Shown: one piece after another, positions 35,620 to 49,032 of the stretch
How the letters are laid out: each line of letters starts with the position of its first letter
Position numbering within the stretch: the first letter of the stretch is position 1
DNA from: Eledone cirrhosa
Lineage: Eukaryota
Assembly: GCA_964016885.1 (NCBI GenBank)
Contig: OZ024766.1
Location: 19,282,001-19,346,000 of the forward strand
Direction: 5' to 3'
DNA length: 64,000 bases
The notes under the pieces: model-generated
What the model saw: only the letters and a program-made list of their open reading frames with translations
The model's database searches: none
Told to the model about the DNA's origin: nothing
Translations under genes and position numbers: made by a program

Positions 35620-38600
35620 TGGTGGGGTGACACAGAGATTGGTGAGATATTGGGGGCAAATTGAGGACTTAGGTTAGGTTGGGGTGACACAGAGATTGGT
35701 GAAATATTGGGGGTTTAGCTTAGATTGGGGTGACACAGAGATCGGTGAGATATTGAGGGCAAATTGAGGACTTAGGTTAGGTTGGGGTGACACAGCGATT
35801 GGTGAGATATTGAGGGCAAATTGAGGACTTAGGTTAGGTTGGGGTGACACAGAGATTGGTGAAATATTGGGGGTTTAGCTTAGATTGGGGTGACACAGAG
35901 ATCGGTGAGATATTGAGGGCAAATTGAGGACTTAGGTTAGGTTGGGGTGACACAGCGATTGGTGAGATATTGAGGGCAAATTGAGGACTTAGGTTAGATT
36001 AGGTGACACAGAGATCGGTGAGATATTGGGGGCAAATTGAGGACTTAGGTTAGGTTGGGGTGACACAGAGATTGGTGAGATATTGAGGGCAAATTGAGGA
36101 CTTAGGTTAGATTAGGTGACACAGAGATCGGTGAGATATTGGGGGCAAATTGAGGACTTAGGTTAGGTTGGGGTGACACAGAGATTGGTGAGATATTGAG
36201 GGCAAATTGAGGACTTAGGTTAGATTAGGTGACACAGAGATCGGTGAGATATTGGGGGCAAATTGAGGACTTAGGTTAGGTTGGGGTGACACAGAGATCG
36301 GTGAAAAATTGGGGGTTTAGCTTAGATTGGGGTGACACAGAGATCGGTGAGATATTGAGGGCAAATTGAGGACTTAGGTTAGGTTGGGGTGACACAGAGA
36401 TTGGTGAGATATTGGGGGTTTAGCTTAGATTGGGGTGACACAGAGATCGGTGAGATATTGAGGGCAAATTGAGGACTTAGCTTAGGTTGGGGTGACACAG
36501 CGATTGGTGAGATATTGAGGGCAAATTGAGGACTTAGGTTAGGTTGGGGTGACACAGCGATTGGTGAGATATTGGGGGTTTAGCTAAGATTGGGGTGACA
36601 CAGAGATCGGTGAGATATTGAGGGCAAATTGAGGACTTAGCTTAGGTTGGGGTGACACAGAGATTGGTGAGATATTGGGGGTTTAGCTAAGATTGGGGTG
36701 ACACAGAGATCGGTGAGATATTGAGGGCAAATTGAGGACTTAGGTTAGGTTGGGGTGACACAGAGATTGGTGAGATATTGAGGGCAAATTGAGGACTTAG
36801 GTTAGGTTGGGGTGACACAGAGATTGGTGAGATATTGAGGGCAAATTGAGGACTTAGGTTAGGTTGGGGTGACACAGAGATTGGTGAGATATTGAGGGCA
36901 AATTGAGGACTTAGCTTAGGTTGGGGTGACACAGCGATTGGTGAGATATTGGGGGTTTAGCTAAGATTGGGGTGACACAGAGATCGGTGAGATATTGAGG
37001 GCAAATTGAGGACTTAGCTTAGGTTGGGGTGACACAGAGATTGGTGAGATATTGGGGGTTTAGCTAAGATTGGGGTGACACAGAGATCGGTGAGATATTG
37101 AGGGCAAATTGAGGACTTAGGTTAGGTTGGGGTGACACAGAGATTGGTGAGATATTGAGGGCAAATTGAGGACTTAGGTTAGGTTGGGGTGACACAGAGA
37201 TTGGTGAGATATTGAGGGCAAATTGAGGACTTAGGTTAGGTTGGGGTGACACAGAGATTGGTGAGATATTGAGGGCAAATTGAGGACTTAGGTTAGATTG
37301 GGTGACACAGAGATCGGTGAGATATTGGGGGCAAATTAAGGACTTAGGTTAGGTTGGGGTGACACAGAGATTGGTGAAATATTGGGGGTTTAGCTTAGAT
37401 TGGGGTGACACAGAGATCGGTGAGATATTGAGGGCAAATTGAGGACTTAGCTTAGGTTGGGGTGACACAGAGATCGGTGAGATATTGAGGGCAAATTGAG
37501 GACTTAGCTTAGGTTGGGGTGACACAGCGATTGGTGAGATATTGAGGGCAAATTGAGGACTTAGGTTAGGTTGGGGTGACACAGAGATTGGTGAAATATT
37601 GGGGGTTTAGCTTAGATTGGGGTGACACAGAGATCGGTGAGATATTGAGGGCAAATTGAGGACTTAGGTTAGGTTGGGGTGACACAGCGATTGGTGAGAT
37701 ATTGAGGGCAAATTGAGGACTTAGGTTAGGTTGGGGTGACACAGAGATTGGTGAAATATTGGGGGTTTAGCTTAGATTGGGGTGACACAGAGATCGGTGA
37801 GATATTGAGGGCAAATTGAGGACTTAGGTTAGGTTGGGGTGACACAGAGATTGGTGAAATATTGGGGGTTTAGCTTAGATTGGGGTGACACAGAGATCGG
37901 TGAGATATTGAGGGCAAATTGAGGACTTAGGTTAGGTTGGGGTGACACAGCGATTGGTGAGATATTGAGGGCAAATTGAGGGCTTGGGTTAGGTTGGGGT
38001 GACACAGAGATTGGTGAAATATTGGGGGTTTAGCTTAGATTGGGGTGACACAGAGATTGGTGAGATATTGAGGGCAAATTGAGGGCTTAGCTTAGGTTGG
38101 GGTGACACAGAGATTGGTGAGATATTTGTGTCTACTTTAGGCACAAGGCCAGCAATTACCCAGTTCATTACTGGTACTTAGGACTTAGCTTAGATTGGGG
38201 TGACACAGAGATCGGTGAGATATTGAGGGCAAATTGAGGACTTAGGTTAGGTTGGGGTGACACAGAGATTGGTGAGATATTGGGGGTAAAATGAGGGCTT
38301 AGCTTAGATTGGGGTGGAAAATTGAGGGCTTAGCTTAGATTGGGGTGACACAGAGATTGGTGAGATATTGAGGGCAAATTGAGGACTTAGCTTAGGTTGG
38401 GGTGACACAGATCAGTGAAATATTGAGGGCTTGGGTGATGGGTGGCATGATCTGGTGGGGTGACACAGAGATCGGTGAGATATTGAGGGCTTGGGTGGCA
38501 TGATCTGGTGGAGATCAGTGAGATATTGAGGGCAAATTGAGGGCTTAGCTTAGGTTGGGGTGACACAGAGATTGGTGAAATATTGAGGACAAATTAAGGG

Positions 38601-39170
38601 CTTAGCTTAGATTAGGGTGACACAGAGATTGGTGAAATATTGAGGACAAATTAAGGGCTTAGCTTAGATTAGGGTGACACAGAGATTGGTGAAATATTGA
38701 GGGCAAATTAAGGGCTTAGCTTAGATTGGGGTGACACAGAGATTGGTGAAATATTGAGGACAAATTAAGGGCTTAGCTTAGATTGGGGTGACACAGAGAT
38801 TGGTGAAATATTGAGGGCAAATTAAGGGCTTAGCTTAGATTGGGGTGACACAGAGATTGGTGAAATATTGAGGGCAAATTAAGGGCTTAGCTTAGATTAG
38901 GGTGACACAGAGATTGGTGAAATATTGAGGGCAAATTAAGGGCTTAGCTTAGATTAGGGTGACACAGATCGGTGAAATATTGAGGGCAAATTGAGGGCTT
39001 AGCTTAGATTAGGGTGACACAGAGATTGGTGAAATATTGAGGGCAAATTAAGGGCTTAGCTTAGATTAGGGTGACACAGAGATTGGTGAAATATTGAGGA
39101 CAAATTAAGGGCTTAGCTTAGATTAGGGTGACACAGAGATTGGTGAAATATTGAGGGCAAATTAAGGGCT
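35620..39170. repeat. 57/46/52-bp composite minisatellite abutting the exon 9 acceptor
   Basis: ggtgacacagagattggtgagatattgagggcaaattgaggacttaggttaggttgg. Confidence 0.94.
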
Positions 39171-39236
39171 TGGGTGGTGGGTGGAATTATCTGGTGGGGT
39201 GACACACAGAGAATAGTTGTTTCTACTTTAGGCACA

Positions 39237-39972
39237 TGGTAAAAACCTCCCAGCCCCACACTGTAAACGTGGTTGGTGTTGGGAAGGGCATCCAGCCGTA
39301 GAAAACCCGCCAGACGTGTAGGTGTCACGACAAAAAAACACACAGTCCACGTTGTAATGTGGCCGTGTAGGTAACACGGTAAAAACCTCCCAGTTCCACA
39401 CTGTAAACGTGGTTGGTGTTGGGAAGGGCATCCAGCTGTAGAAAACCCGCCAGACGTGTAGATGTCACAACAAAAAAACACACAGTCCACGTTGTAATGT
39501 GGCCGTTGGCCGTGTAGGTAACACGGTAAAAACCTCCCAGTCCCACACTGTAAATGTGGTTGGTGTTAGGAAGGGCATCCAGCCGTAGAAAACCCACCAG
39601 ACGTGTAGGTGTCACGACAAAAAAACACACAGTCCACGTTGTAATGTGGCCGTTGGCCGTGTAGGTAACACGGTAAAAACCTCCCAGTCCCACACTGTAA
39701 ATGTGGTTGGTGTTGGGAAGGGCATCCAGCCGTAGAAAACCCGCCAGACGTGTAGGTGTCACGACAAAAAAACACACAGTCCACGCTGTAATGTGGCCGT
39801 GTAGGCAACACGGTAAAAACCTCCCAGTTCCACACTGTAGACGTGGTTGGTGTTGGGAAGGGCATCCAGCCGTAGAAAACCCGCCAGACAGTCCTATGCG
39901 AGCGAGACACGGTCACCCGACCAACCTTGCCTCAAATTGGGACAACCCTTGTCTAAACCCATGCTAGCGATG
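39237..39972 (+). mobile_element. related SINE subfamily, 3' part, with tandem units of about 142-149 bp
   Basis: ggaagggcatccagccgtagaaa repeated 5 times; tail ...aacccatgctagcgatgatg. Confidence 0.75.
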
Positions 39973-40540
39973 ATGATGATGATGATAGTGATGGTGGTGG
40001 TGGTGATGATGATGGTGGTGATGGTGGTGGTGATGGTGGTGGTGATGGTGGTGGTGGTGGTGGTGGTGGTGATGATGGTGATGGTGATGGTGGTGGTGAT
40101 GGTGGTGATGGTGGTGGTGATGGTGGTGATGGTGGTGGTGATGGTGATGGTGGTGGTGGTGATGATGGTGGTGGTGATGGTGGTGGTGGTGATGATGAAA
40201 GTGATGGTGGTGATGATGGTGGTGATGGTGATGGTGGTGATGGTGGTGGTGGTGGTGCTGATGATGGTGGTGATGATAATGATGATGGTGGTGGTGATGA
40301 TGATGGTGATGATGATGGTGGTGGTGATGATGGTGGTGGTGGTGGTGATGGTGGTGGTGATGGTGGTGATGATGATGATGGTGATGACGCTGATAGTGAT
40401 GATGATGATGATGCTGATGATGATAATGATGATAATGATGATGATAATGATGATGATGATGATGGTGGTGGTGATGATGATGATGGTGGTGGTGATGGTG
40501 GTGGTGGCGGCGACGACGACGACACGTAGAGCCCACTCAC

Positions 40541-40914
40541 CGTCCACATTATTTTCAAGTAGCCCTTGCGGTCACCCCGCGTGTGGACATTGGAAGGCTG
40601 CTGGTAGGGCACCGTGCCCTGAGGCTTCGAGCGGCAAACATCGTCCGTGTGGTCACTCGGTTCACTCTCCCCTATTTTATTCTGGGCCAAGACCCTAAAC
40701 GTGTAGTTCGTCCAGGGCGAGAGGTTGATGAGCGCGTTCTTCTCCGTTGGTGACACCTTCTTCACCATTGACCACTGGTTCGGGTCAAAGCTGGTGTTGG
40801 CTTGGATGATATAGAATTGGATAGGGGCGTTGTTACTGCTCCCGGATATCCAAGACACATCGGCCGTATCTGTCTGGCAGATGACCTTCACGTTCGACGG
40901 GGATTCAGGTCGCG
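40541..40914 (-). CDS. Nrg: exon 8, FnIII-1 and start of FnIII-2
   Basis: ARPESPSNVKV...LSPWTNYTFRVLAQNKIGESEPS...LKIMWT; cag acceptor, gtgag donor; 374 nt. Confidence 0.95.
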
Positions 40915-40975
40915 CTGAGCAAACAGACAGAAAGTTAGAGCAATTATTTTATTACGATTGATAGATGTACATATG

Positions 40976-43900
40976 TGAGTTGTGGTGTGCGGGAGAGGAG
41001 ACTGAGGTGGTGTGGACGTGTGATGTGTTGAGAGAGAAGACTGAGGTGGTGTGGACGTGTGATGTGTTGAGAGAGAAACTGTGTATAAGAGGGATAAGTT
41101 GTGGTGTGTGGGAGAGGAGAGTGAGGTGGTGTGGACATGTGATGTGTTGAGAGAGAAGACTGAGGTGGTATGGACATGTGATGTGTTGAGAGAGAAGACT
41201 GAGGTGGTGTGGACGTGTGATATGTTGAGAGAGAAACTGTGTATAAGAGGGATAAGTTGTGGTGTGTGGGAGAGGAGAGTGAGGTGGTGTGGACATGTGA
41301 TGTGTTGAGAGAGAAGACTGAGGTGGTGTGGACATGTGATGTGTTGAGAGAGAAGACTGAGGTGGTGTGGACGTGTGATGTGTTGAGAGAGAAGACTGAG
41401 GTGGTATGGACATGTGATGTGTTGAGAGAGAAGACTGAGGTGGTATGGACATGTGATGTGTTGAGAGAGAAGACTGAGGTGGTATGGACATGTGGTGTGT
41501 TGAGAGAGAAGACTGAGGTGGTATGGACATGTGATGTGTTGAGAGAGAAACTGGGTATAAGAGGGATAAGTTCTGGTGTGGGGGAGAGAAGACTGAGGTG
41601 GTGTGGACATGTGATGTGTTGAGAGAGAAGACTGAGGTGGTGTGGACATGTGATGTGTTGAGAGAGAAGACTGAGGTGGTGTGGACGTGTGATGTGTTGA
41701 GAGAGAAGACTGAGGTGGTATGGACATGTGATGTGTTGAGAGAGAAGACTGAGGTGGTATGGACATGTGATGTGTTGAGAGAGAAGACTGAGGTGGTGTG
41801 GACGTGTGATGTGTTGAGAGAGAAGACTGAGGTGGTGTGGACATGTGATGTGTTGAGAGAGAAGACTGGGTATAAGAGGGATAAGTTCTGGTGTGGGGGA
41901 GAGAAGACTGAGGTGGTGTGGACATGTGATGTGTTGAGAGAGAAGACTGAGGTGGTGTGGACATGTGATGTGTTGAGAGAGAAGACTGAGGTGGTGTGGA
42001 CATGTGATGTGTTGAGAGAGAAGACTGAGGTGGTGTGGACGTGTGATGTGTTGAGAGAGAAGACTGAGGTGGTATGGACATGTGATGTGTTGAGAGAGAA
42101 GACTGAGGTGGTATGGACATGTGATGTGTTGAGAGAGAAACTGGGTATAAGAGGGATAAGTTGTGGTGTGCGGGAGAGAAGACTGAGGTGGTGTGGACGT
42201 GTGATGTGTTGAGAGAGAAGACTGAGGTGGTGTGGACATGTGATGTGTTGAGAGAGAAGACTGAGGTGGTGTGGACGTGTGATGTGTTGAGAGAGAAGAC
42301 TGAGGTGGTATGGACATGTGATGTGTTGAGAGAGAAGACTGAGGTGGTATAGACATGTGGTGTGTTGAGAGAGAAGACTGAGGTGGTATGGACATGTGAT
42401 GTGTTGAGAGAGAAACTGGGTATAAGAGGGATAAGTTGTGGTGTGCGGGAGAGAAGACTGAGGTGGTGTGGACGTGTGATGTGTTGAGAGAGAAGACTGA
42501 GGTGGTGTGGACATGTGATGTGTTGAGAGAGAAGACTGGGTATAAGAGGGATAAGTTCTGGTGTGGGGGAGAGAAGACTGAGGTGGTGTGGACATGTGAT
42601 GTGTTGAGAGAGAAGACTGAGGTGGTGTGGACATGTGATGTGTTGAGAGAGAAGACTGAGGTGGTGTGGACGTGTGATGTGTTGAGAGAGAAGACTGAGG
42701 TGGTATGGACATGTGATGTGGTGAGAGAGAAGACTGGGTATAAGAGGGATAAGTTCTGGTGTGGGGGAGAGAAGACTGAGGTGGTGTGGACATGTGATGT
42801 GTTGAGAGAGAAGACTGAGGTGGTGTGGACATGTGATGTGTTGAGAGAGAAGACTGGGTATAAGAGGGATAAGTTCTGGTGTGGGGGAGAGAAGACTGAG
42901 GTGGTGTGGACATGTGATGTGTTGAGAGAGAAGACTGAGGTGGTGTGGACATGTGATGTGTTGAGAGAGAAGACTGAGGTGGTGTGGACGTGTGATGTGT
43001 TGAGAGAGAAGACTGAGGTGGTATGGACATGTGATGTGTTGAGAGAGAAGACTGAGGTGGTATGGACATGTGGTGTGTTGAGAGAGAAGACTGAGGTGGT
43101 ATGGACATGTGATGTGTTGAGAGAGAAACTGGGTATAAGAGGGATAAGTTGTGGTGTGCGGGAGAGAAGACTGAGGTGGTGTGGACGTGTGATGTGTTGA
43201 GAGAGAAGACTGAGGTGGTGTGGACATGTGATGTGTTGAGAGAGAAGACTGGGTATAAGAGGGATAAGTTCTGGTGTGGGGGAGAGAAGACTGAGATGGT
43301 GTGGACATGTGATGAGTTGAGAGAGAAGACTGAGGTGGTATGGACATGTGATGTGTTGAGAGAGAAGACTGAGGTGGTATGGACATGTGATGTGTTGAGA
43401 GAGAAGACTGAGGTGGTATGGACATGTGATGTGTTGAGAGAGAAACTGGGTATAAGAGGGATAAGTTGTGGTGTGCGGGAGAGAAGACTGAGGTGGTGTG
43501 GACATATGATGTGTTGAGAGAGAAGACTGAGGTGGTGTGGACATGTGATGTGTTGAGAGAGAAGACTGGGTATAAGAGGGATAAGTTCTGGTGTGGGGGA
43601 GAGAAGACTGAGGTGGTGTGGACATGTGATGTGTTGAGAGAGAAGACTGAGGTGGTGTGGACATGTGATGTGTTGAGAGAGAAGACTGAGGTGGTGTGGA
43701 CGTGTGATGTGTTGAGAGAGAAGACTGAGGTGGTATGGACATGTGGTGTGTTGAGAGAGAAGACTGAGGTGGTATGGACATGTGATGTGTTGAGAGAGAA
43801 ACTGGGTATAAGAGGGATAAGTTGTGGTGTGCGGGAGAGAAGACTGAGGTGGTGTGGACGTGTGATGTGTTGAGAGAGAAGACTGAGGTGGTGTGGACAT

Positions 43901-46900
43901 GTGATGTGTTGAGAGAGAAACTGGGTATAAGAGGGATAAGTTGTGGTGTGTGGGAGAGGAGACCGAGGTGGTGTGGACGTGTGATGTGTTGAGAGAGAAG
44001 ACTGGGTATAAGAGGGATAAGTTCTGGTGTGGGGGAGAGAAGACTGAGGTGGTGTGGACATGTGATGTGTTGAGAGAGAAGACTGAGGTGGTGTGGACAT
44101 GTGATGTGTTGAGAGAGAAGACTGAGGTGGTGTGGACGTGTGATGTGTTGAGAGAGAAGACTGAGGTGGTATGGACATGTGATGTGTTGAGAGAGAAGAC
44201 TGAGGTGGTATGGACATGTGGTGTGTTGAGAGAGAAGACTGAGGTGGTATGGACATGTGATGTGTTGAGAGAGAAACTGGGTATAAGAGGGATAAGTTGT
44301 GGTGTGCGGGAGAGAAGACTGAGGTGGTGTGGACGTGTGATGTGTTGAGAGAGAAGACTGAGGTGGTGTGGACATGTGATGTGTTGAGAGAGAAGACTGG
44401 GTATAAGAGGGATAAGTTCTGGTGTGGGGGAGAGAAGACTGAGATGGTGTGGACATGTGATGAGTTGAGAGAGAAGACTGAGGTGGTATGGACATGTGAT
44501 GTGTTGAGAGAGAAGACTGAGGTGGTATGGACATGTGATGTGTTGAGAGAGAAGACTGAGGTGGTATGGACATGTGATGTGTTGAGAGAGAAACTGGGTA
44601 TAAGAGGGATAAGTTGTGGTGTGCGGGAGAGAAGACTGAGGTGGTGTGGACATATGATGTGTTGAGAGAGAAGACTGAGGTGGTGTGGACATGTGATGTG
44701 TTGAGAGAGAAGACTGGGTATAAGAGGGATAAGTTCTGGTGTGGGGGAGAGAAGACTGAGGTGGTGTGGACATGTGATGTGTTGAGAGAGAAGACTGAGG
44801 TGGTGTGGACATGTGATGTGTTGAGAGAGAAGACTGAGGTGGTGTGGACGTGTGATGTGTTGAGAGAGAAGACTGAGGTGGTATGGACATGTGGTGTGTT
44901 GAGAGAGAAGACTGAGGTGGTATGGACATGTGATGTGTTGAGAGAGAAACTGGGTATAAGAGGGATAAGTTGTGGTGTGCGGGAGAGAAGACTGAGGTGG
45001 TGTGGACGTGTGATGTGTTGAGAGAGAAGACTGAGGTGGTGTGGACATGTGATGTGTTGAGAGAGAAACTGGGTATAAGAGGGATAAGTTGTGGTGTGTG
45101 GGAGAGGAGACCGAGGTGGTGTGGACGTGTGATGTGTTGAGAGAGAAGACTGGGTATAAGAGGGATAAGTTCTGGTGTGGGGGAGAGAAGACTGAGGTGG
45201 TGTGGACATGTGATGTGTTGAGAGAGAAGACTGAGGTGGTGTGGACATGTGATGTGTTGAGAGAGAAGACTGAGGTGGTGTGGACGTGTGATGTGTTGAG
45301 AGAGAAGACTGAGGTGGTATGGACATGTGATGTGTTGAGAGAGAAGACTGAGGTGGTATGGACATGTGGTGTGTTGAGAGAGAAGACTGAGGTGGTATGG
45401 ACATGTGATGTGTTGAGAGAGAAACTGGGTATAAGAGGGATAAGTTGTGGTGTGCGGGAGAGAAGACTGAGGTGGTGTGGACGTGTGATGTGTTGAGAGA
45501 GAAGACTGAGGTGGTGTGGACATGTGATGTGTTGAGAGAGAAGACTGGGTATAAGTTCTGGTGTGGGGGAGAGAAGACTGAGGTGGTGTGGACATGTGAT
45601 GTGTTGAGAGAGAAGACTGAGGTGGTGTGGACATGTGATGTGTTGAGAGAGAAGACTGAGGTGGTGTGGACGTGTGATGTGTTGAGAGAGAAGACTGAGG
45701 TGGTATGGACATGTGATGTGTTGAGAGAGAAGACTGAGGTGGTGTGGACATGCGATGAGTTGAGAGAGGAAACTGAGGTGGTATGGACATGTGATGTGTT
45801 GAGAGAGAAACTGGGTATAAGAGGGATAAGTTGTGGTGTGTGGGAGAGGAGACTGAGGTGGTATGGACATGTGATGTGTTGAGAGAGAAACTGTATAAGA
45901 GGGATAAGTTGTGGTGTGTGGGAGAGGAGACTGAGGTGGTGTGGACATGTGATGTGTTGAGAGAGAAGACTCAGGTGGTGTGGACATGTGATGTGTTGAG
46001 AGAGACGACTGAGGTGGTATGGACATGTGATGTGTTGAGAGAGAAGACTGAGGTGGTGTGGACGTGTGATGTGTTGAGAGAGAAGACTGAGGTGGTATGG
46101 ACATGTGATGTGTTGAGAGAGAAGACTGAGGTGGTATGGACATGTGGTGTGTTGAGAGAGAAGACTGAGGTGGTATGGACATGTGATATGTTGAGAGAGA
46201 AACTGGGTATAAGAGGGATAAGTTGTGGTGTGTGGGAGAGAAGACTGAGGTGGTATGGACATGTGATGTGGTGAGAGAGAAACTGGGTATAAGAGGGATA
46301 AGTTGTGGTGTGTGGGAGAGAAGACTGAGGTGGTGTGGACGTGTGATGTGTTGAGAGAGAAACTGGGTATAAGAGGGATAAGTTGTGGTGTGTGGGAGAG
46401 AAGACTGAGGTGGTGTGGACGTGTGATGTGTTGAGAGAGAAACTGGGTATAAGAGGGATAAGTTGTGGTGTGTGGGAGAGAAGACTGAGGTGGTGTGGAC
46501 GTGTGATGTGTTGAGAGAGAAACTGGGTATAAGAGGGATAAGTTGTGGTGTGTGGGAGAGAAGACTGAGGTGGTGTGGACATGTGATGTGTTGAGAGAGA
46601 AACTGTGTATAAGAGGGATAAGTTGTGGTGTGTGGGAGAGAAGACTGAGGTGGTGTGGACGTGTGATGTGTTGAGAGAGAAACTGGGTATAAGAGGGATA
46701 AGTTGTGGTGTGTGGGAGAGAAGACTGAGGTGGTGTGGACGTGTGATGTGTTGAGAGAGAAACTGGGTATAAGAGGGATAAGTTGTGGTGTGTGGGAGAG
46801 GAGACTGAGATGGTATGGACATGTGATGTGTTGAGAGAGAAACTGTCTATAAGAGGGATAAGTTGTGGTGTGCGGGAGAGAAGACTGAGGTGGTATGGAC

Positions 46901-48388
46901 ATGTGATGAGTTGAGAGAGAAACTGTGTATAAGAGGGATAAGTTGTGGTGTGTGGGAGAGAAGACTGAGGTGGTATGGACATGTGATGTGTTGAGAGAGA
47001 AACTGTGTATAAGAGGGATAAGTTGTGGTGTGTGGGAGAGGAGACTGAGATGGTATGGACATGTGATGAGTTGAGAGAGAAACTGTGTATAAGAGGGATA
47101 AGTTGTGGTGTGTGGGAGAGGAGACTGAGATGGTATGGACATGTGATGAGTTGAGAGAGAAACTGTGTATAAGAGGGATAAGTTGTAGTGTGTGGGAGAG
47201 GAGACTGAGATGGTATGGACATGTGATGAGTTGAGAGAGAAACTGTGTATAAGAGGGATAAGTTGTGGTGTGTGGGAGAGAAGACTGAGGTGGTATGGAC
47301 ATGTGATGTGTTGAGAGAGAAACTGTGTATAAGAGGGATAAGTTGTGGTGTGTGGGAGAGGAGACTGAGATGGTATGGACATGTGATGAGTTGAGAGAGA
47401 AACTGTGTATAAGAGGGATAAGTTGTGGTGTGTGGGGGAGAGGAGACTGAGATGGTATGGACATGTGATGAGTTGAGAGAGAAACTGTGTATAAGAGGGA
47501 TAAGTTGTGGTGTGTGGGAGAGAAGACTGAGATGGTATGGACATGTGATGTGTTGAGAGAGAAACTGTGTATAAGAGGGATAAGTTGTGGTGTGTGGGAG
47601 AGAAGACTGAGATGGTATGGACATGTGATGAGTTGAGAGAGAAACTGTGTATAAGAGGGATAAGTTGTGGTGTGTGGGAGAGGAGACTGAGGTGGTATGG
47701 ACATGTGATGTGTTGAGAGAGAAACTGTGTATAAGAGGGATAGAATGTAGTGTACGGGAGAGGAGACTGAGGTGGTATGGACATGTGATGTGTTGAGAGA
47801 GAAACTGTGTATAAGAGGGATAAGTTGTGGTGTGTGGGAGAGAAGACTGAGATGGTATGGACATGTGATGTGTTGAGAGAGAAATTGTGTATAAGAGGGA
47901 TAAGTTGTGATGTGTGGGAGAGAAGACTGAGATGGTATGGACATGTGATGTGTTGAGAGAGAAACTGTGTATAAGAGGGATAAGTTGTGGTGTGTGGGAG
48001 AGAAGACTGAGATGGTATGGACATATGATGAGTTGAGAGAAAAACTGGGTATAAGAGGGATAAGTTGTGGTGTGTGGGAGAGAAGACTGAGGTGGTATGG
48101 ACCTGTGATGTGTTGAGAGAGAAACTGTCTATAAGAGGGATAAGTTGTAGTGTGTGGGAGAGAAGACTGAGATGGTATGGACATATGATGAGTTGAGAGA
48201 AAAACTGGGTATAAGAGGGATAAGTTGTGGTGTGTGGGAGAGAAGACTGAGGTGGTATGGACCTGTGATGTGTTGAGAGAGAAACTGTCTATAAGAGGGA
48301 TAAGTTGTAGTGTGTGGGAGAGAAGACTGAGATGGTATGGACATGTGATGTGTTGAGAGAGAAACTGTGTATAAGAGGGATAAGTTGC
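40976..48388 (+). repeat. 7.4-kb RTE-derived satellite (80-bp and 39-bp units, 1148-bp higher-order repeat)
   Basis: Unit encodes LREKLGIRGISCGVWERRLRWYGHVM; identical ORF blocks offset by 1148 (43149/44297, 43466/44614, 43941/45089). Confidence 0.92.
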
Positions 48389-48500
48389 AGTTATTAGATG
48401 CAAAATTTCAGGAATGTTTTACATATTTTTACTGTTCCATTAATAGATTGTACTTGTAATTTCTTAACTAGTCGTGTCCTTTCTGTTCCTGTGAAGCCTA

Positions 48501-48626
48501 GCTTCTCAAGATTTGTATTGAGGCAGCTACTAACAGACCCCCAGTGCCCCAACAATCATGCACGCATGATTGTTGGGGCACTGGGGGTTAGGGTTAGTAA
48601 CTGCCTCAATACAAATCTTGAGAAGC
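48501..48626. repeat. long inverted repeat (arms about 61 bp, 2-nt centre)
   Basis: gcttctcaag...aatcatgc-ac-gcatgatt...cttgagaagc. Confidence 0.92.
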
Positions 48627-48713
48627 ATGCATGATTATTGGGGCTAATGATCTGATGGGGTAACGCAGAGACTGCAAGAAGGGCAGATAAAGGCCCACCT
48701 TTAAAAATCTTAC

Positions 48714-49001
48714 CTCTGACTGTGAGAAAAGCTGAAGCTGAAGCGTTGTCTAGTCCATTCGTCGCCACGCACGTGTAGCGGCCGGCATCCCTGATCGTGA
48801 TGCCGCTGATGGTCAGCGAGTTATCCTGGGAATTCTGGATCATCCTTTCCTCGTTGGTTGCAATGGGCCTGCCATCTTTCATCCATATAATGCGCAGGTT
48901 TTCTACTTCCATCGGGTCTGTAGTACCAGCGCAGGTAAACTTTGCATCAAGATCTTCGTTAGACTCCAGATTAAACGGGAACTGTTCAATCCTTGTCTTA
49001 C
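48714..49001 (-). CDS. Nrg: exon 7, Ig6 (KTRIEQFP...FTCAGTTDP...WMKDG...DAGRYTCVATNGLD...LTVR)
   Basis: ttcag acceptor, gtaag donor; 288 nt. Confidence 0.93.
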
Positions 49002-49032
49002 CTGAAATTATACAAGATTTGTGTCAGAGAGT

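Noticed and set aside
35660-38260. TTAGGTTAGG resembling the arthropod telomere repeat
   Set aside because: Only two copies inside a 57-bp unit; not a telomeric tract
40888-48403. 1600-2400-aa ORFs
   Set aside because: Antisense read-through of the RTE-derived satellite; no domain content
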